Notes: generated by a model from the sequence alone, not told the origin. A stretch of 64,000 bases of DNA from Candidatus Omnitrophota bacterium (GCA_016197155.1 JACPWF010000036.1:931-64930), one strand, 5' to 3'. Counted from the first letter of the stretch, positions 30,452-41,519 are shown. Numbers and translations: made by a program.

Positions 30452-31178
30452 GATCCCCCGGCACATCGCGATCATCATGGACGGCAACGGCCGTTGGGCG
30501 CGGGAGCGCGGGCTTCCGCGCGCGGCGGGGCACCGGGCGGGTGTCAAGACCGTCCGCGAGATCGTGAAGGCGTCGCTGGATCTGGGCGTGCCGGTTCTCA
30601 CCCTTTACGCCTTCAGCCAGGAAAATTGGAAGCGTCCCAAAGAGGAGGTGAGCCTTCTCATGGAACTGCTCGATTATTTTTTGAATAAGGAAATTGACCG
30701 GCTGAAAAAAGAGGGCGTGCGCGTGCGCACCATCGGCCGGATCGAGGCCCTGCCGGAGCGGACATTGAAAAAAGTGAAGGCCGCCATGGAGGCGACGCGG
30801 CACAACGACAAGCTCATCCTGAATGTGGCGCTCAATTACGGCGCGCGCACGGAAATTTTAGACGCCGTGAATCAGATCGTGGAAAAGGCCCGCGCGGGCG
30901 GCGTGCCGGGCATGAACGGCTCGGGGCTGACGGAGGAGGTGTTTTCCAATTACCTGTACACGAAGGGCCTGCCGGACCCGGATCTTTTGATCCGCACGAG
31001 CGGCGAGATGCGCCTCAGCAATTTTCTTTTGTGGCAGTTGTCGTACGCGGAGATCTACATCACGAAAAAATACTGGCCCGATTTCGCGCGCGAGGACTAT
31101 CTAAAGGCGATCCGGGAATACCAGAGGCGGGACAGGCGGTTCGGCGACATTTGCGCGGAGGATGCCGCCGGCCGATGA
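30441..31178 (+). CDS. uppS: Undecaprenyl diphosphate synthase
   Basis: HIAIIMDGNGRWA, FSQENWKRP, RTSGEMRLSNFLLWQ. Confidence 0.97.
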   Translation: MENKIPRHIAIIMDGNGRWARERGLPRAAGHRAGVKTVREIVKASLDLGVPVLTLYAFSQENWKRPKEEVSLLMELLDYFLNKEIDRLKKEGVRVRTIGRIEALPERTLKKVKAAMEATRHNDKLILNVALNYGARTEILDAVNQIVEKARAGGVPGMNGSGLTEEVFSNYLYTKGLPDPDLLIRTSGEMRLSNFLLWQLSYAEIYITKKYWPDFAREDYLKAIREYQRRDRRFGDICAEDAAGR

Positions 31179-31993
31179 GCGCGTTTTCGACCCTTTCCCA
31201 GCGCGTGATCACGGGCCTCGTCCTCATCGGCGCCACCGCGGCGATCCTGTTTTTCTCGACGCCGTTTTATTTCAGCGTGGAGGTGACGCTTTTTGTGGCC
31301 CTCGGGCTTCTCGAATTTTTCAATTTAATGCGGGAGGGAAATGTCCCCGTTTACCGGTTTTTCGGCGTGTCGATGGGGATCGTGGTGCCGGTGCTTGTTT
31401 ACATGGAACTGGGAATGGCCGAATCCGGCGAGATCCTTTTTATCGTGCTCGGGTGCCTCTTTTTATTCGTGCTCCAATTTTTCCGCAAAGACAATTCCCA
31501 GGCCCTCATCGGCATCTCGCTCACGCTATTCGGAATTTTGTACGTGAGCTGGTTTTTGAGTTTTTTGATCAAGATCCGCTTTCTCGAAGGCGGGGCCTGG
31601 TGGGCGGCGTATCTCATCGCGGTGACGAAGGCCGCGGACATCGGCGCCTATTTTGTGGGGACCGCGGCGGGCCGGCACAGTTTGATTCCCCACATCAGCC
31701 CCAAAAAGTCCGTCGAGGGCACTTTCGCGGGGTTGGGCGCGAGCGTCCTGGTGTCATGGGCCCTCGGGCCCTATCTGCCGATCCGTTTCGGCGCGGGGCA
31801 CTTGGCGGTGGTCGGCCTTTTGATCGGCGCCGTCGGCCAGATCGGGGATCTTTCCGAATCGCTCATGAAACGTTTTTGCGACACGAAGGATTCGGGGCGG
31901 CTTCTCCCGGGAATGGGCGGGGTCCTGGACGCCGCGGACAGCATTCTCTTCACCGCGCCGATATTTTATTTTCATTTGAGAATATTTGCATGA
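31175..31993 (+). CDS. cdsA: Phosphatidate cytidylyltransferase
   Basis: DIGAYFVG, ISPKKSVEG, GDLSESLMKR, KDSG..LPGMGGVLD. Confidence 0.95.
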   Translation: MSAFSTLSQRVITGLVLIGATAAILFFSTPFYFSVEVTLFVALGLLEFFNLMREGNVPVYRFFGVSMGIVVPVLVYMELGMAESGEILFIVLGCLFLFVLQFFRKDNSQALIGISLTLFGILYVSWFLSFLIKIRFLEGGAWWAAYLIAVTKAADIGAYFVGTAAGRHSLIPHISPKKSVEGTFAGLGASVLVSWALGPYLPIRFGAGHLAVVGLLIGAVGQIGDLSESLMKRFCDTKDSGRLLPGMGGVLDAADSILFTAPIFYFHLRIFA

Positions 31994-33093
31994 AAAAAAA
32001 GGTTTTGATTCTCGGGTCCACCGGCTCGGTCGGTGAAAATACGCTCCGCGTGATCGAGGCGTTCCCGGACCGCTTCCAAGTCGCGGGTCTGGCGGCCGGC
32101 TCGAATGCCAAGCGCCTGGCGGAGCAGGCGGCCAAACACCGCCCCGAGGGCGTCTATCTCCATGATTCCGCCAAGGGGGATCTGTCCGCGTTTTGTTCGT
32201 CGGTGGACTACGACATTTTGGTCGCGGCCACCAGCGGCACCACGGCCCTTTTGCCGGTGATCGAGGCGCTTAGAAACGGCCGCCGCGTGGCGCTGGCGAA
32301 CAAGGAAATTCTCGTCGTGGCGGGGGGCCTCGTCATGGCGGCCCTTCGCGAAAATCCGGTCGCTTCGCTCATTCCCGTGGACAGCGAACACAGCGCCATT
32401 TTTCAATGCCTGGGCGGATGCCGCGCCCACGGCGTCGAGCGCCTCATCCTCACCGGTTCCGGAGGCCCCTTGCGCGAGGTGTCTTCGGAAAATTTTCCCA
32501 ATATTTCCAAAGAAACCGTGGTGAATCATCCGAAATGGAAAATGGGCAAAAAAATTTCCGTGGATTCGGCCACACTCATGAATAAGGGACTTGAGATCAT
32601 CGAGGCGTCCTGGCTTTTTGATCTGGCGATCGAGCGCATCGAGGTGCTGGTGCATCCCGAGGCGGTGGTCCATTCGATGGTGGAGTTTAAGGATGGCGCG
32701 ATCCTGGCGCAGTTGGGCGTCACCGACATGCGGCTCCCGATTCAGTACGCGCTTTCGTTCCCCGAGCGATGGGACTCGCCGGGCCTGCGGCTGGATTTTA
32801 AGGAATTGAACCCACTGCATTTTTATCCGGCGGACAGGAAAAAATTTCCGTGCCTCGCGCTCGCCATCGACGCGGCCAAAAAATCGGGAAGCGCGCCCTG
32901 CGTTTTGAGCGCGGCGGACGAAGTGGCCGTGCGGGCGTATCTCGAGGACCAGATCGGTTTCACGGACATCCCGCGCGTGATCGAGACCGTGCTGTCGCAT
33001 CACCGCCACGTCCCGGATCCGGACCTGCCCCAGATTCAATCGATCCACGCCTGGGCGGCTGAGGAGACGCAAAAATTATGTTTAGCGGACTAG
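31990..33093 (+). CDS. dxr: DXP reductoisomerase
   Basis: LGSTGSVG, LANKE, PVDSEH, MGKKISVDSATLMNKGLE; ATG at 31990. Confidence 0.96.
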   Translation: MKKKVLILGSTGSVGENTLRVIEAFPDRFQVAGLAAGSNAKRLAEQAAKHRPEGVYLHDSAKGDLSAFCSSVDYDILVAATSGTTALLPVIEALRNGRRVALANKEILVVAGGLVMAALRENPVASLIPVDSEHSAIFQCLGGCRAHGVERLILTGSGGPLREVSSENFPNISKETVVNHPKWKMGKKISVDSATLMNKGLEIIEASWLFDLAIERIEVLVHPEAVVHSMVEFKDGAILAQLGVTDMRLPIQYALSFPERWDSPGLRLDFKELNPLHFYPADRKKFPCLALAIDAAKKSGSAPCVLSAADEVAVRAYLEDQIGFTDIPRVIETVLSHHRHVPDPDLPQIQSIHAWAAEETQKLCLAD

Positions 33094-34136
33094 TTTTTCT
33101 CGTTGTTTTGGGAGTCCTGGTCGTCGTGCACGAGTGGGGGCATTTTGTCGTGGCGCGCCTGGTGGGGATCCGCGTGGAAAAATTCTCGATCGGTTTCGGG
33201 CCCGTGGTCTTCGCCAAACGGTTCGGCGAGACCGAATTCTGTGTTTCTCTCCTGCCCCTGGGCGGATTCGTCAAACTCGCGGGGGAAAATCCGAACGAAT
33301 CGCGCGGCGAGGCCTGGGAGTTTAATTCCAAATCCCTTTTGCAAAAATTCATGGTGGTGTTCGCGGGCCCTTTCATGAACGCGGCCCTGGCGTTCCTGCT
33401 TTTTTCATTCATTTTCCTCTTCGGCCAGCCCATGCCCGTCGCGAAAATCGGAAGGGTTCTTGACGGCACACCCGCCAAGACCGCGGGCCTGGCCGCCGAT
33501 GACCGCATTCTCGAGGTGAACCGGACCCCGGTGTCGCGCTGGGACGAAGTGCTCGTCGAGGTGCACAAAGGAAAAAACCCGACTGTGTTCAGCGTGGACC
33601 GCGGGGGATTGCCTCTTGAGATCCGTGTCATCCCTCAAACCGGCCAGGGCCGCGCGCCGTTTGTGGGGATCGCGCCCTCGAGCGAGGTGATTTACCTGAA
33701 AAGCGGCTTTTGGGAATCTTTTCGCCTCGGCGCCGACCGCGTCGCGAAACTCACGGGCATGATCTTTTTATCCCTATGGCTCATGGTGACCGGCGCCATG
33801 CCGTTTAAGGACGCCGTCACCGGCCCGATCGGGATTTTTTTCATGACCCAGCAGGCCGCGCAGATGGGCATTTTGTATCTTTTGGATTTCACCGCGTCGC
33901 TCAGCGTGAGCCTCTTTGTTTTGAATCTTCTCCCGATCCCGGTGCTGGACGGGGGGCACGTGCTCTTTATCGTGATCGAGCGGCTGAAAGGCTCGCCGCT
34001 CAAAGAATCGGTGAAGGAGAGAATGACGCAGGCCGGTTTGACGGCACTCCTCGTTTTAATGGCATTTGTCATCTTTCAGGACATTCACCGTTTCTCGGTT
34101 CTGGAAAATATCATGAACCTCGCGCGCCGAAAATAA
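33078..34136 (+). CDS. rseP: RIP metalloprotease RseP
   Basis: HEWGH, FSIGFG, AGP, PDZ domain, NLLPIPVLDGG. Confidence 0.95.
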   Translation: MFSGLVFLVVLGVLVVVHEWGHFVVARLVGIRVEKFSIGFGPVVFAKRFGETEFCVSLLPLGGFVKLAGENPNESRGEAWEFNSKSLLQKFMVVFAGPFMNAALAFLLFSFIFLFGQPMPVAKIGRVLDGTPAKTAGLAADDRILEVNRTPVSRWDEVLVEVHKGKNPTVFSVDRGGLPLEIRVIPQTGQGRAPFVGIAPSSEVIYLKSGFWESFRLGADRVAKLTGMIFLSLWLMVTGAMPFKDAVTGPIGIFFMTQQAAQMGILYLLDFTASLSVSLFVLNLLPIPVLDGGHVLFIVIERLKGSPLKESVKERMTQAGLTALLVLMAFVIFQDIHRFSVLENIMNLARRK

Positions 34137-34140
34137 AAAT

Positions 34141-35853
34141 ATGCTCTGGACAAAATTTCTCATTCCGACGCTGAAAGAAATTCCCCAGGAGGCCGAGATC
34201 AAAAGCCACCGGCTCATGCTGAGGGCGGGGCTCATCCGGAAACTGGCCAGCGGCACGTACAGCTACCTGCCGCTGGGTTTGAGGGCGCTTCAAAAAGCCG
34301 AGCGCATCGTTCGCGAGGAGATGGATCGCGCGGGGGCGCTCGAAGTGCTTTTGCCTGCCCTGCACCCGGCTGAGATCTGGAAAGAGTCCGGGCGCTTGGA
34401 GATCCTGGGCGAGGACATGATCCATTTCAAGGACCGGCACGGGAGGGAAAACGTGCTCGGCCCCACGCACGAGGAAGTGATCACGGACCTGGCGCGGCGC
34501 GAAATCCATTCGTACAAACAACTGCCGGTGACGCTTTACCAGATCCAGACCAAATTCCGCGACGAGATGCGCCCGCGGTCGGGGGTGATCCGCAGCCGCG
34601 AATTTCTCATGAAGGACGCGTACAGTTTTCACGCGACCAATGAAAGTCTCGATGAAACCTATAACGTGATGAAAGAAGTTTATAAGAAAATTTTCACGCG
34701 CTGTGGGCTTGATTTTCACGTCGTCGAGGCCGACCCGGGCGCCATGGGCGGGAGCGGCTCGCAGGAATTCATTCTATTTTCCGAAGCCGGCGAGGACCGG
34801 ATGGTTCAGATCGGCCACGACGGTCCTGTTGTGAGTGTTGAAATGACCGCCAGAAAACTCAAAAATTTGGCATTTTCCAAGAACGCGCCATCAGGAAAGT
34901 ATTACAAAGAGTATACGCCGGGGCATTCGAGTGTTGAAGCGGTGGCCAAATTTCTTAAGAAAAAACCATCGGATCTCGTAAAAACCATGATTTATGGACG
35001 ACCTGATGGGTCATTTTTTGAAGTTCTTGTGCGTGGCGATCATGAGGTCAGTGAATTCAAAGTTGGAAAAATTGAGCCCGGCTGTTTCATGGCTTCCCGC
35101 GAGGCCATCGAAAAAATGGGTTTTGCGTTTGGATACAGCGGCCCATTCGGAACAAATCTTAAAGCTTATATGGACGAAGACGTGCTTGAGATGCATAATT
35201 TTGTGACAGGCGCAAATATTAAAGATCATCATCTGCTCGATGTTAATCCCGGAGATATCCGTAGCGACGATATTCAAGCAGGCGATTTTCGTCAGGTTGT
35301 GGAGGGCGACAAGTCGCCGGACGGACAGCCGCTTTTATTTAAAACCGCGATCGAGCTCGGCCATATTTTTAAACTCAATCTCCGTTATTCGGTTCCTCTC
35401 AAGGCCCATTTCCTCGACAAAAACGGAAAAGAAAATCCGCTCGTCATGGGCTGTTACGGGATCGGCGTCAACCGCATCCTCGCCGCGGCGATCGAACAGC
35501 GCGCGGATGAAAAGGGCATCGTGTGGCCCAAAAACATCAGCCCCTTTCAGGCGCTGGTCACCGCGCTTGACCCCGAGGACGCCCAATCCCGGGAGATCAT
35601 CCGGTCGGTCCTTGATTCCGAGGCACTGGCCGAAAAAGGCGTCGACGTCCTCGTGGACGACCGGCAGGAGTCGGCGGGCGTCAAATTCAACGACGCCGAC
35701 CTGATCGGGATTCCCCTCGGCGTGATCCTGGGCCCCAAGAATTTGAAGCAGGGCAAGGCTGAAATCAAGATCCGAAAGACCGGCCAAATCACGGTGGTTG
35801 ACATTCCCTCGCTCGTCCCGGAAATCCTCAAGGCCCTTGACAATCTGAGCTAA
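34141..35853 (+). CDS. proS: Prolyl-tRNA synthetase with INS editing domain
   Basis: LGPTHEE, KFRDE.RPR, DAYSF, ELGHIFKL, MGCYGIG, DADLIG. Confidence 0.96.
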   Translation: MLWTKFLIPTLKEIPQEAEIKSHRLMLRAGLIRKLASGTYSYLPLGLRALQKAERIVREEMDRAGALEVLLPALHPAEIWKESGRLEILGEDMIHFKDRHGRENVLGPTHEEVITDLARREIHSYKQLPVTLYQIQTKFRDEMRPRSGVIRSREFLMKDAYSFHATNESLDETYNVMKEVYKKIFTRCGLDFHVVEADPGAMGGSGSQEFILFSEAGEDRMVQIGHDGPVVSVEMTARKLKNLAFSKNAPSGKYYKEYTPGHSSVEAVAKFLKKKPSDLVKTMIYGRPDGSFFEVLVRGDHEVSEFKVGKIEPGCFMASREAIEKMGFAFGYSGPFGTNLKAYMDEDVLEMHNFVTGANIKDHHLLDVNPGDIRSDDIQAGDFRQVVEGDKSPDGQPLLFKTAIELGHIFKLNLRYSVPLKAHFLDKNGKENPLVMGCYGIGVNRILAAAIEQRADEKGIVWPKNISPFQALVTALDPEDAQSREIIRSVLDSEALAEKGVDVLVDDRQESAGVKFNDADLIGIPLGVILGPKNLKQGKAEIKIRKTGQITVVDIPSLVPEILKALDNLS

Positions 35854-35865
35854 ATTTGCTAGCCT
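35837..35865 (+). promoter_or_regulatory. Sigma70-like promoter for rimP-nusA-infB
   Basis: TTGACA-17-TAGCCT with TG extension. Confidence 0.55.
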
Positions 35866-35894
35866 GAATTCGTTAACGGGATTGGTTTTGAGAG

Positions 35895-35918
35895 AGTGGG
35901 CGCTTGCCCACTTTTTTT
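35895..35918 (+). terminator. rimP leader hairpin/attenuator
   Basis: AGTGGGC-GCTT-GCCCACT followed by a T-run just before rimP, as in rimP leaders of many bacteria. Confidence 0.75.
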
Positions 35919-35923
35919 ATTCT

Positions 35924-36388
35924 ATGGACATCGAAGGCTTGCATCAAACGATTAAAAGCCGCCTGGAGGCGATGGGCGCGGAGCTTGTGGATCTGGCTTT
36001 CAGAAGGAGCGGCTCCCGGAGCGTTTTGACGGTGACCGCGGACAAGCCCGGGGGCATCACGCTTGAGGACTGCGCGGCGATCAATCAGGACCTCGGCCGT
36101 TCGCTCGAAGAGGCGATGGAGGGGCCCACTCTTTTGGAGGTGAACAGTCCCGGCCTCGACCGGCCGCTCGAAACCGAGCGGGATTTTTTGAGGGCCGTGG
36201 GAGAAGATTTGCGGCTCACGGTGAAGGACGAATCGGGGGCGGTTCAAAGTTTTATGGGAAGGCTTGCGGGAATGGAGAATGGCAAACTGAAGTTTGAGCG
36301 CCGGATGCCCAAAGGGCCCGGCGTACAACTCGAGATTCCTTGGGACGCGGTGGTCCGCGCGGTGCGCGAGATCCGGTTCAAACGGTAA
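35924..36388 (+). CDS. rimP: Ribosome maturation factor RimP
   Basis: GITLEDC, LEVNSPGLDRPL. Confidence 0.93.
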   Translation: MDIEGLHQTIKSRLEAMGAELVDLAFRRSGSRSVLTVTADKPGGITLEDCAAINQDLGRSLEEAMEGPTLLEVNSPGLDRPLETERDFLRAVGEDLRLTVKDESGAVQSFMGRLAGMENGKLKFERRMPKGPGVQLEIPWDAVVRAVREIRFKR

Positions 36389-36404
36389 CGGGAAGGATGG
36401 GAAA

Positions 36405-37595
36405 GTGAGCACGGAATTATTGAACGTTCTGGAAAATATCGAGCGGGAAAAAGGGATCAGCCGGCAGATCTTGGTGGAGTCCATCGAGGCCGCGCTCGTC
36501 TCCGCGGCGAAAAAAGTTTTGCACGACAAGGACAAAGCGATCGAGGTGAAAGTCGACGTCGAAAACGGGCGGATCCGCATTTTCTCGGACGGCAAGGAAA
36601 TCGTCTCGAACGAATTCGGCCGCATCGCCGCGCAGACGGCAAAGCAGGTCATCTTTCAGAAGATCCGCGAGGCCGAGCGCGACGTGATTTTTGGCGAGTT
36701 CCAGGCGAAGGCCGAATCGATCACCAGCGGCACCGTCTACCGTTTTGAAAAGGGCGCGCTTCTCGTGGATCTGGGAAAGACCGAGGGGATCCTGCCGAAG
36801 CGCGAGATGTCCCCGCGCGACAACTACCGCCAGGGCGACACGATCCGCGCGTACATTTTGGAAGTGACCAAAACCGCCAAAGGCCCGCAGGTGATTTTGT
36901 CGCGCAGTCATCCCGGTTTCGTGAAGCGCCTCTTTGAGATGGAGGTGCCGGAAGTGGCCGACGGCCTGGTTGAGATCCGCTCCGTGTCCCGCGAGGCCGG
37001 CGACCGCACAAAGATCGCGGTTTGGTCAAAAAATGAAAAAGTGGACTGCGTCGGCGCCTGCGTGGGCATTCGCGGTTCGCGCGTGAAAGGGGTCGTGAAG
37101 GAGCTTCAGGGCGAAAAGATTGACATCATCCGCTGGAGCGACAACGCGGAGGAATTCATTCAGGCCGCGCTCAGCCCCGCGCAGGTGTCCTCCGTTAAAA
37201 TTTTGACCGCCGAGGAAAAAAAAGTCGAGGTGATCGTGGACGATGAGCAATTGTCGCTGGCGATCGGAAAGAACGGCCAAAACGTGCGGCTGGCCTCAAA
37301 GCTCACCGGCTGGTCGATCGATATCCGTTCAAAGAAGGACATTGCCAAGGAAAAATTGGAGGCCACGATGACGCCCGTTGGAGAAACCGCCCCCGCGGCC
37401 GAGGCCCCGACGGCGGATCTCGAAGGGATCGAGGGCATCGGCCCCAAGACCGCGCAGGCCCTCGCCGAGGCGGGTTTTAAAACGCTGGAAGATTTGAAAA
37501 AGGCGGGGGAAAAAGATCTTCTGGCGGTGAAGGGAATCGGTAAAAAGACCGCGGAGAAAATTTTGAATGCCGTGAAAAAGGAAGAGCCCTCATGA
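36405..37595 (+). CDS. nusA: Transcription factor NusA with C-terminal HhH repeats
   Basis: [12 protein letters not shown]1/KH domains, [14 protein letters not shown]; GTG start. Confidence 0.96.
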   Translation: MSTELLNVLENIEREKGISRQILVESIEAALVSAAKKVLHDKDKAIEVKVDVENGRIRIFSDGKEIVSNEFGRIAAQTAKQVIFQKIREAERDVIFGEFQAKAESITSGTVYRFEKGALLVDLGKTEGILPKREMSPRDNYRQGDTIRAYILEVTKTAKGPQVILSRSHPGFVKRLFEMEVPEVADGLVEIRSVSREAGDRTKIAVWSKNEKVDCVGACVGIRGSRVKGVVKELQGEKIDIIRWSDNAEEFIQAALSPAQVSSVKILTAEEKKVEVIVDDEQLSLAIGKNGQNVRLASKLTGWSIDIRSKKDIAKEKLEATMTPVGETAPAAEAPTADLEGIEGIGPKTAQALAEAGFKTLEDLKKAGEKDLLAVKGIGKKTAEKILNAVKKEEPS

Positions 37596-39805
37596 CCGAG
37601 CGCGTTCACACCCTCGCCAAAGAGCTGAAGATCCCGTCGAAGGACTTGATTGAAAAATTGAAGAAACTGAAGATCAAGGCCAAAAACCACATGAGTGCGC
37701 TCACGGATGAGGAGGTGCGCGCGGTGCGAAACACGCTCAAGAGCCCGCCGCCTCCGAAAAAACCGCTTTCGCAGACGCCTTCGATCGAAAGCGTCAAAAA
37801 AGAATTTTTATTGCAGCGTTTGGGGGCGAAGGCGGCTTCCCAGGAAACCCGGAAACCCGCGCCCGTGAGCGCGGGCCCGGCCGGGGCCTTGAGGAGAGGG
37901 GCGGCGCCCTCGGTCTTTGAAAAACCAAAGGCCCCCTCCGCCGTTGAAATTAAAAAAGCGCCGAAAACTTCCGCGGCGCCCATTTTTTCCCAGCCAGCGC
38001 CGGTCACGGCCCCGCCTCAGGCGGTGTCCGCGGCCCCCGAACCCAAGCGGACAAGAAAGATCGAGGTCGCCACGCCCATCACCGTCAAAGATCTGGCGGC
38101 GAAGTTTTTCGTCAGGCCGAGCGAGCTCATCCAGCGGCTCATCAAGATCGGGGTATTCGCGTCGATCAATCAGGCCATCAATTTTGAAATCGCCGGCAAG
38201 GTCGCGGTGGAATTCGGTTTTGAATTGGAAGAGACCAAGGCCGTCGAAGCCTCTCAAACGGAAGCGCCCAAAAAAACCGCGGACAAATCGCGTTTGGCGC
38301 CGCGCGCGCCTATCGTGACGTTCATGGGCCACGTCGATCACGGCAAGACTTCCCTGCTCGACGCGATCCGCAAAACCAAGGTCGCCGCCGGAGAAGCCGG
38401 CGGCATCACCCAGCATATCGGCGCGTACGAAGTCTTTCTGCCCAAAGGGGCCGTCACGTTTCTCGACACGCCGGGCCACGAGGCGTTCACGGCCATGCGC
38501 GCGCGCGGCGCCCGCGTGACGGATGTCGTCGTGCTCGTGGTGGCCGCGGATGACGGCGTCATGCCGCAGACGGTTGAGGCCATTGACCACGCCAAGGCCG
38601 CGAATGTTCCCATTATCGTCGCGATCAACAAAATCGATCTGCCGTCGGCCAACACCGACCGCGTGAAAAAAGGGCTGATGGAACACGGTTTGGCCGCCGA
38701 AGACTGGGGCGGCAAGACCATCATGACGGGCGTTTCCGCGAAAACCGGAAAGGGCATCGACGAACTTTTGGAAATGCTGGCGCTCGAGTCCGAGCTTCTG
38801 GAGCTTCGCGCCGATCCGGGCGCGCCCGCGTCGGGGGTCGTGATCGAGGCGGCGCTGGCCGCGGCGAGCGGCGTCTTGGCGACGGTGCTGGTGCAGGAGG
38901 GGACCCTGCGCGTGGGCGACGTGGTCGTGGTCGGCGCCGCTTACTGCAAGGTCCGCGCGATGATCAATGACCGCGGCCAAAGGGTCAAAGAGGCGCCGCC
39001 TTCGACGCCGGTTGAAATTTTAGGCCTGCCCGCCGTCCCCAAAGCGGGAGACCGTTTTCAAGTCATGAAAGACGAGCGCGAGGCCAAGACCCTGATCGAT
39101 CAGATGACCGGCGGTGCGGGACACAAGGATGGGCTCGCCGGCCACATCACACTCGAGCACCTTTTTGAGGAAATTAAAGCGGGGAAGGTCGAGGAGCTGA
39201 AACTCATCGTCAAATCCGACGTTCAGGGATCGGTGGAGGCGCTTCGCTCGACGCTGGCCAAGATTCAATCCAAGAACGTGCGCCTGAACATCATTCATTC
39301 CGGCATCGGCGACATCAGCGAGTCGGATGTCATGCTCGCGGCGGCTTCCAACGCGGTCGTGATCGGATTCCATGTGGGGATGGCGACGACCGCGGGGGAA
39401 TTCGCCGAGCGCGAACGCGTGGATGTCCGCTTTTACGAAATCATTTACGAAGTCAAGACCGCGATTGAAAAAGCGATGGAGGGCCTGCTGGCTCCGGAAT
39501 TAAAAGAAATTTTTGTGGGGACGGCCTAGGTGCGCCAGGTTTTTAAGGTGTCCAAGGCCGGCACCATCGCCGGGTGCACGGTGACCAAGGGGAAGATCGT
39601 CCGCAATTTCACCTGCCGCGTCCTCCGCGCCGGTAAAGTTGTCCACGACGGCAAGATCACCAGCCTCAAGCGGTTCAAAGACGACGTGCGCGAGGTGCTC
39701 GAGGGATTTGAATGCGGCATCGGCGTGTCGAATTTTGAGGACATTCTGTCCGGCGACCGGATCGAGGTTTTTGAATTGCAAGAAAAGGCCAGGAAACTCG
39801 AGTAA
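37592..39805 (+). CDS. infB: Translation initiation factor IF-2, interrupted by in-frame TAG at 39527-39529
   Basis: [20 protein letters not shown]; the same frame continues after the TAG with [27 protein letters not shown] (C2 domain). Confidence 0.93.
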
Positions 39806-40791
39806 TGAGCCGCGTTCTCTCCGGCATGCGGCCCACGGGCCCTTTGCATCTGGGGCATCTCTTGGGCGCGCTTGAAAATTGGATTCATCTGCAGAACACG
39901 CACGAATGTTTTTTCATGGTGGCGGATTTGCACGCGCTCATGGGCGAATACGAGGACCCGCGCGAGATCGAAAAAAATTCGATCGCGATGGTCATCGACT
40001 GGCTGGCCTCGGGCATCGACCCCGAGAAAAGCACGATCTTTATCCAGTCGCAGATCCCCGAGCACGCGGAGCTGGCCCTGATCCTGGGGATGCTCACCCC
40101 GCTCGGGTGGCTTGAGCGAAACCCCACTTATAAGGAACAACTGCGCGAGATCAAGGGCCGGGACCTGACCACTTACGGATTTTTGGGTTATCCGGTTTTG
40201 CAGGCGGCGGATATTTTGCTTTATAAAGCCGATCAGGTCCCCGTCGGCGAGGATCAGCTGGCGCATCTCGAGCTCGCGCGCGAGATCGTCCGGCGTTTCA
40301 AGCGCCTTTACAAAAAAGATTTTTTCCCGGAGCCCACGGCACTTCTCACGAAAGAGGCGCGGATCCTGGGGACGGACCGGCGGAAGATGTCGAAGAGCTA
40401 CGGCAACGCGATCCATCTTTCGGACGCGCCGGAGGCCGCACGCAAAAAAGTCCAGTCGATGATCACCGACCCCGCGCGCGTGAAGGCCTCCGACCCCGGC
40501 CATCCGGACGCGTGCAACGTTTATTCGTATTACAAAATTTTTTCCGACGATGCCGAGGTCAAGGCCGTTTACGATTGGTGCGCGGGCGCGAAAAAAGGCT
40601 GTACGGACTGCAAGAAAACCTTCGCGGAGATTCTCGTGGAAACGTTGAAACCGATTCACGAGCGCCGCGCCAAGATCGCGGCGGATCCCGCCTTTGTCGG
40701 GAAAATTTTAAAAAAGGGCCGCGCGCGCGCCGAAGCCGTCGCGCGGGAAACGATGGGTCAGGTTAAGGAACTTTTACATTTGGCCAAATGA
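39805..40791 (+). CDS. trpS: Tryptophanyl-tRNA synthetase
   Basis: SGMRPTG.LHLGH, YPVLQAADI, PVGEDQ, KMSKS. Confidence 0.96.
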   Translation: MSRVLSGMRPTGPLHLGHLLGALENWIHLQNTHECFFMVADLHALMGEYEDPREIEKNSIAMVIDWLASGIDPEKSTIFIQSQIPEHAELALILGMLTPLGWLERNPTYKEQLREIKGRDLTTYGFLGYPVLQAADILLYKADQVPVGEDQLAHLELAREIVRRFKRLYKKDFFPEPTALLTKEARILGTDRRKMSKSYGNAIHLSDAPEAARKKVQSMITDPARVKASDPGHPDACNVYSYYKIFSDDAEVKAVYDWCAGAKKGCTDCKKTFAEILVETLKPIHERRAKIAADPAFVGKILKKGRARAEAVARETMGQVKELLHLAK

Positions 40792-41519
40792 CCTACAAAG
40801 TCAAACTCGAAGTTTTTGAGGGGCCGCTCGACCTTCTTCTTTATTTGATCAAAGAGGAAGAGCTCGATATTTACGACATCCCGATCACGCGGATCACGGG
40901 GCAGTATCTGGAATATTTGAATTTAATGGAACTTCTGGATCTGGACATCGCGGGTGAATTTTTGGTGATGGCCGCGACGCTCACCGAGATCAAATCCCGG
41001 ATGCTCCTGCCGCCGGACCCCGAGGCCGCCGAAGCCGAGGAGGCCGATCCGCGCGCGGAACTGGTGCGGCGGCTCCTGGAGTACAAGGCGTTTAAGGAAG
41101 CGGCCTCATCCTTGAGGGGTTTTGAGGCCGGCCGCGCCGATCTTTTCACGCGGCCGGGTGTGGAGACCGGGCAGGACCTGCCTAGCGGCAGGCGGGACAG
41201 CCCGTTTTGCGAAGCGTCCCTGTTCGATCTCCTCACGGCTTTTTCGAGGGTACTCGGCCGTTTGCCGAAGGATTCGTTTCATTCGATCGAAAAAGATGAG
41301 TTCACGGTGGCTGAAAAAGTCCACGAGCTTTTTCACCGGTTGGCGAAAGAACCGGTGGTTTATTTCAGCGCCCTCTTTCGCTCGGCGAAAAATAAATTTG
41401 AGGTGATCACGACGTTTCTGGCGCTTTTGGAGCTTGTCCGGATGAAAGAAGTGACGGTCCGTCAGTCGGGCCATTTTGATGAAATTGAAATCTTAAGGAG
41501 CGGCGGTGCCCGGGCCTGA
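40788..41519 (+). CDS. scpA: Segregation/condensation protein A
   Basis: FEGPLDLLLYLI, EFLVMAATL..IKSRMLLP, FLALLEL. Confidence 0.95.
   Translation: MTYKVKLEVFEGPLDLLLYLIKEEELDIYDIPITRITGQYLEYLNLMELLDLDIAGEFLVMAATLTEIKSRMLLPPDPEAAEAEEADPRAELVRRLLEYKAFKEAASSLRGFEAGRADLFTRPGVETGQDLPSGRRDSPFCEASLFDLLTAFSRVLGRLPKDSFHSIEKDEFTVAEKVHELFHRLAKEPVVYFSALFRSAKNKFEVITTFLALLELVRMKEVTVRQSGHFDEIEILRSGGARA
41177..41196 (+). repeat. Degenerate copy of the CCTGCCTGCCGGCAGGCAGG palindrome in the scpA linker
   Basis: CCTGCCTAGCGGCAGGCGGG, 17/20 identical to 55067-55086; encodes LPSGRR. Confidence 0.6.

Noticed and set aside
39527-39529. Genome-wide TAG reassignment or pyrrolysine
   Set aside because: TAG ends several genes at their expected C-termini, only one internal TAG was seen, and there are no pyl genes in the window.
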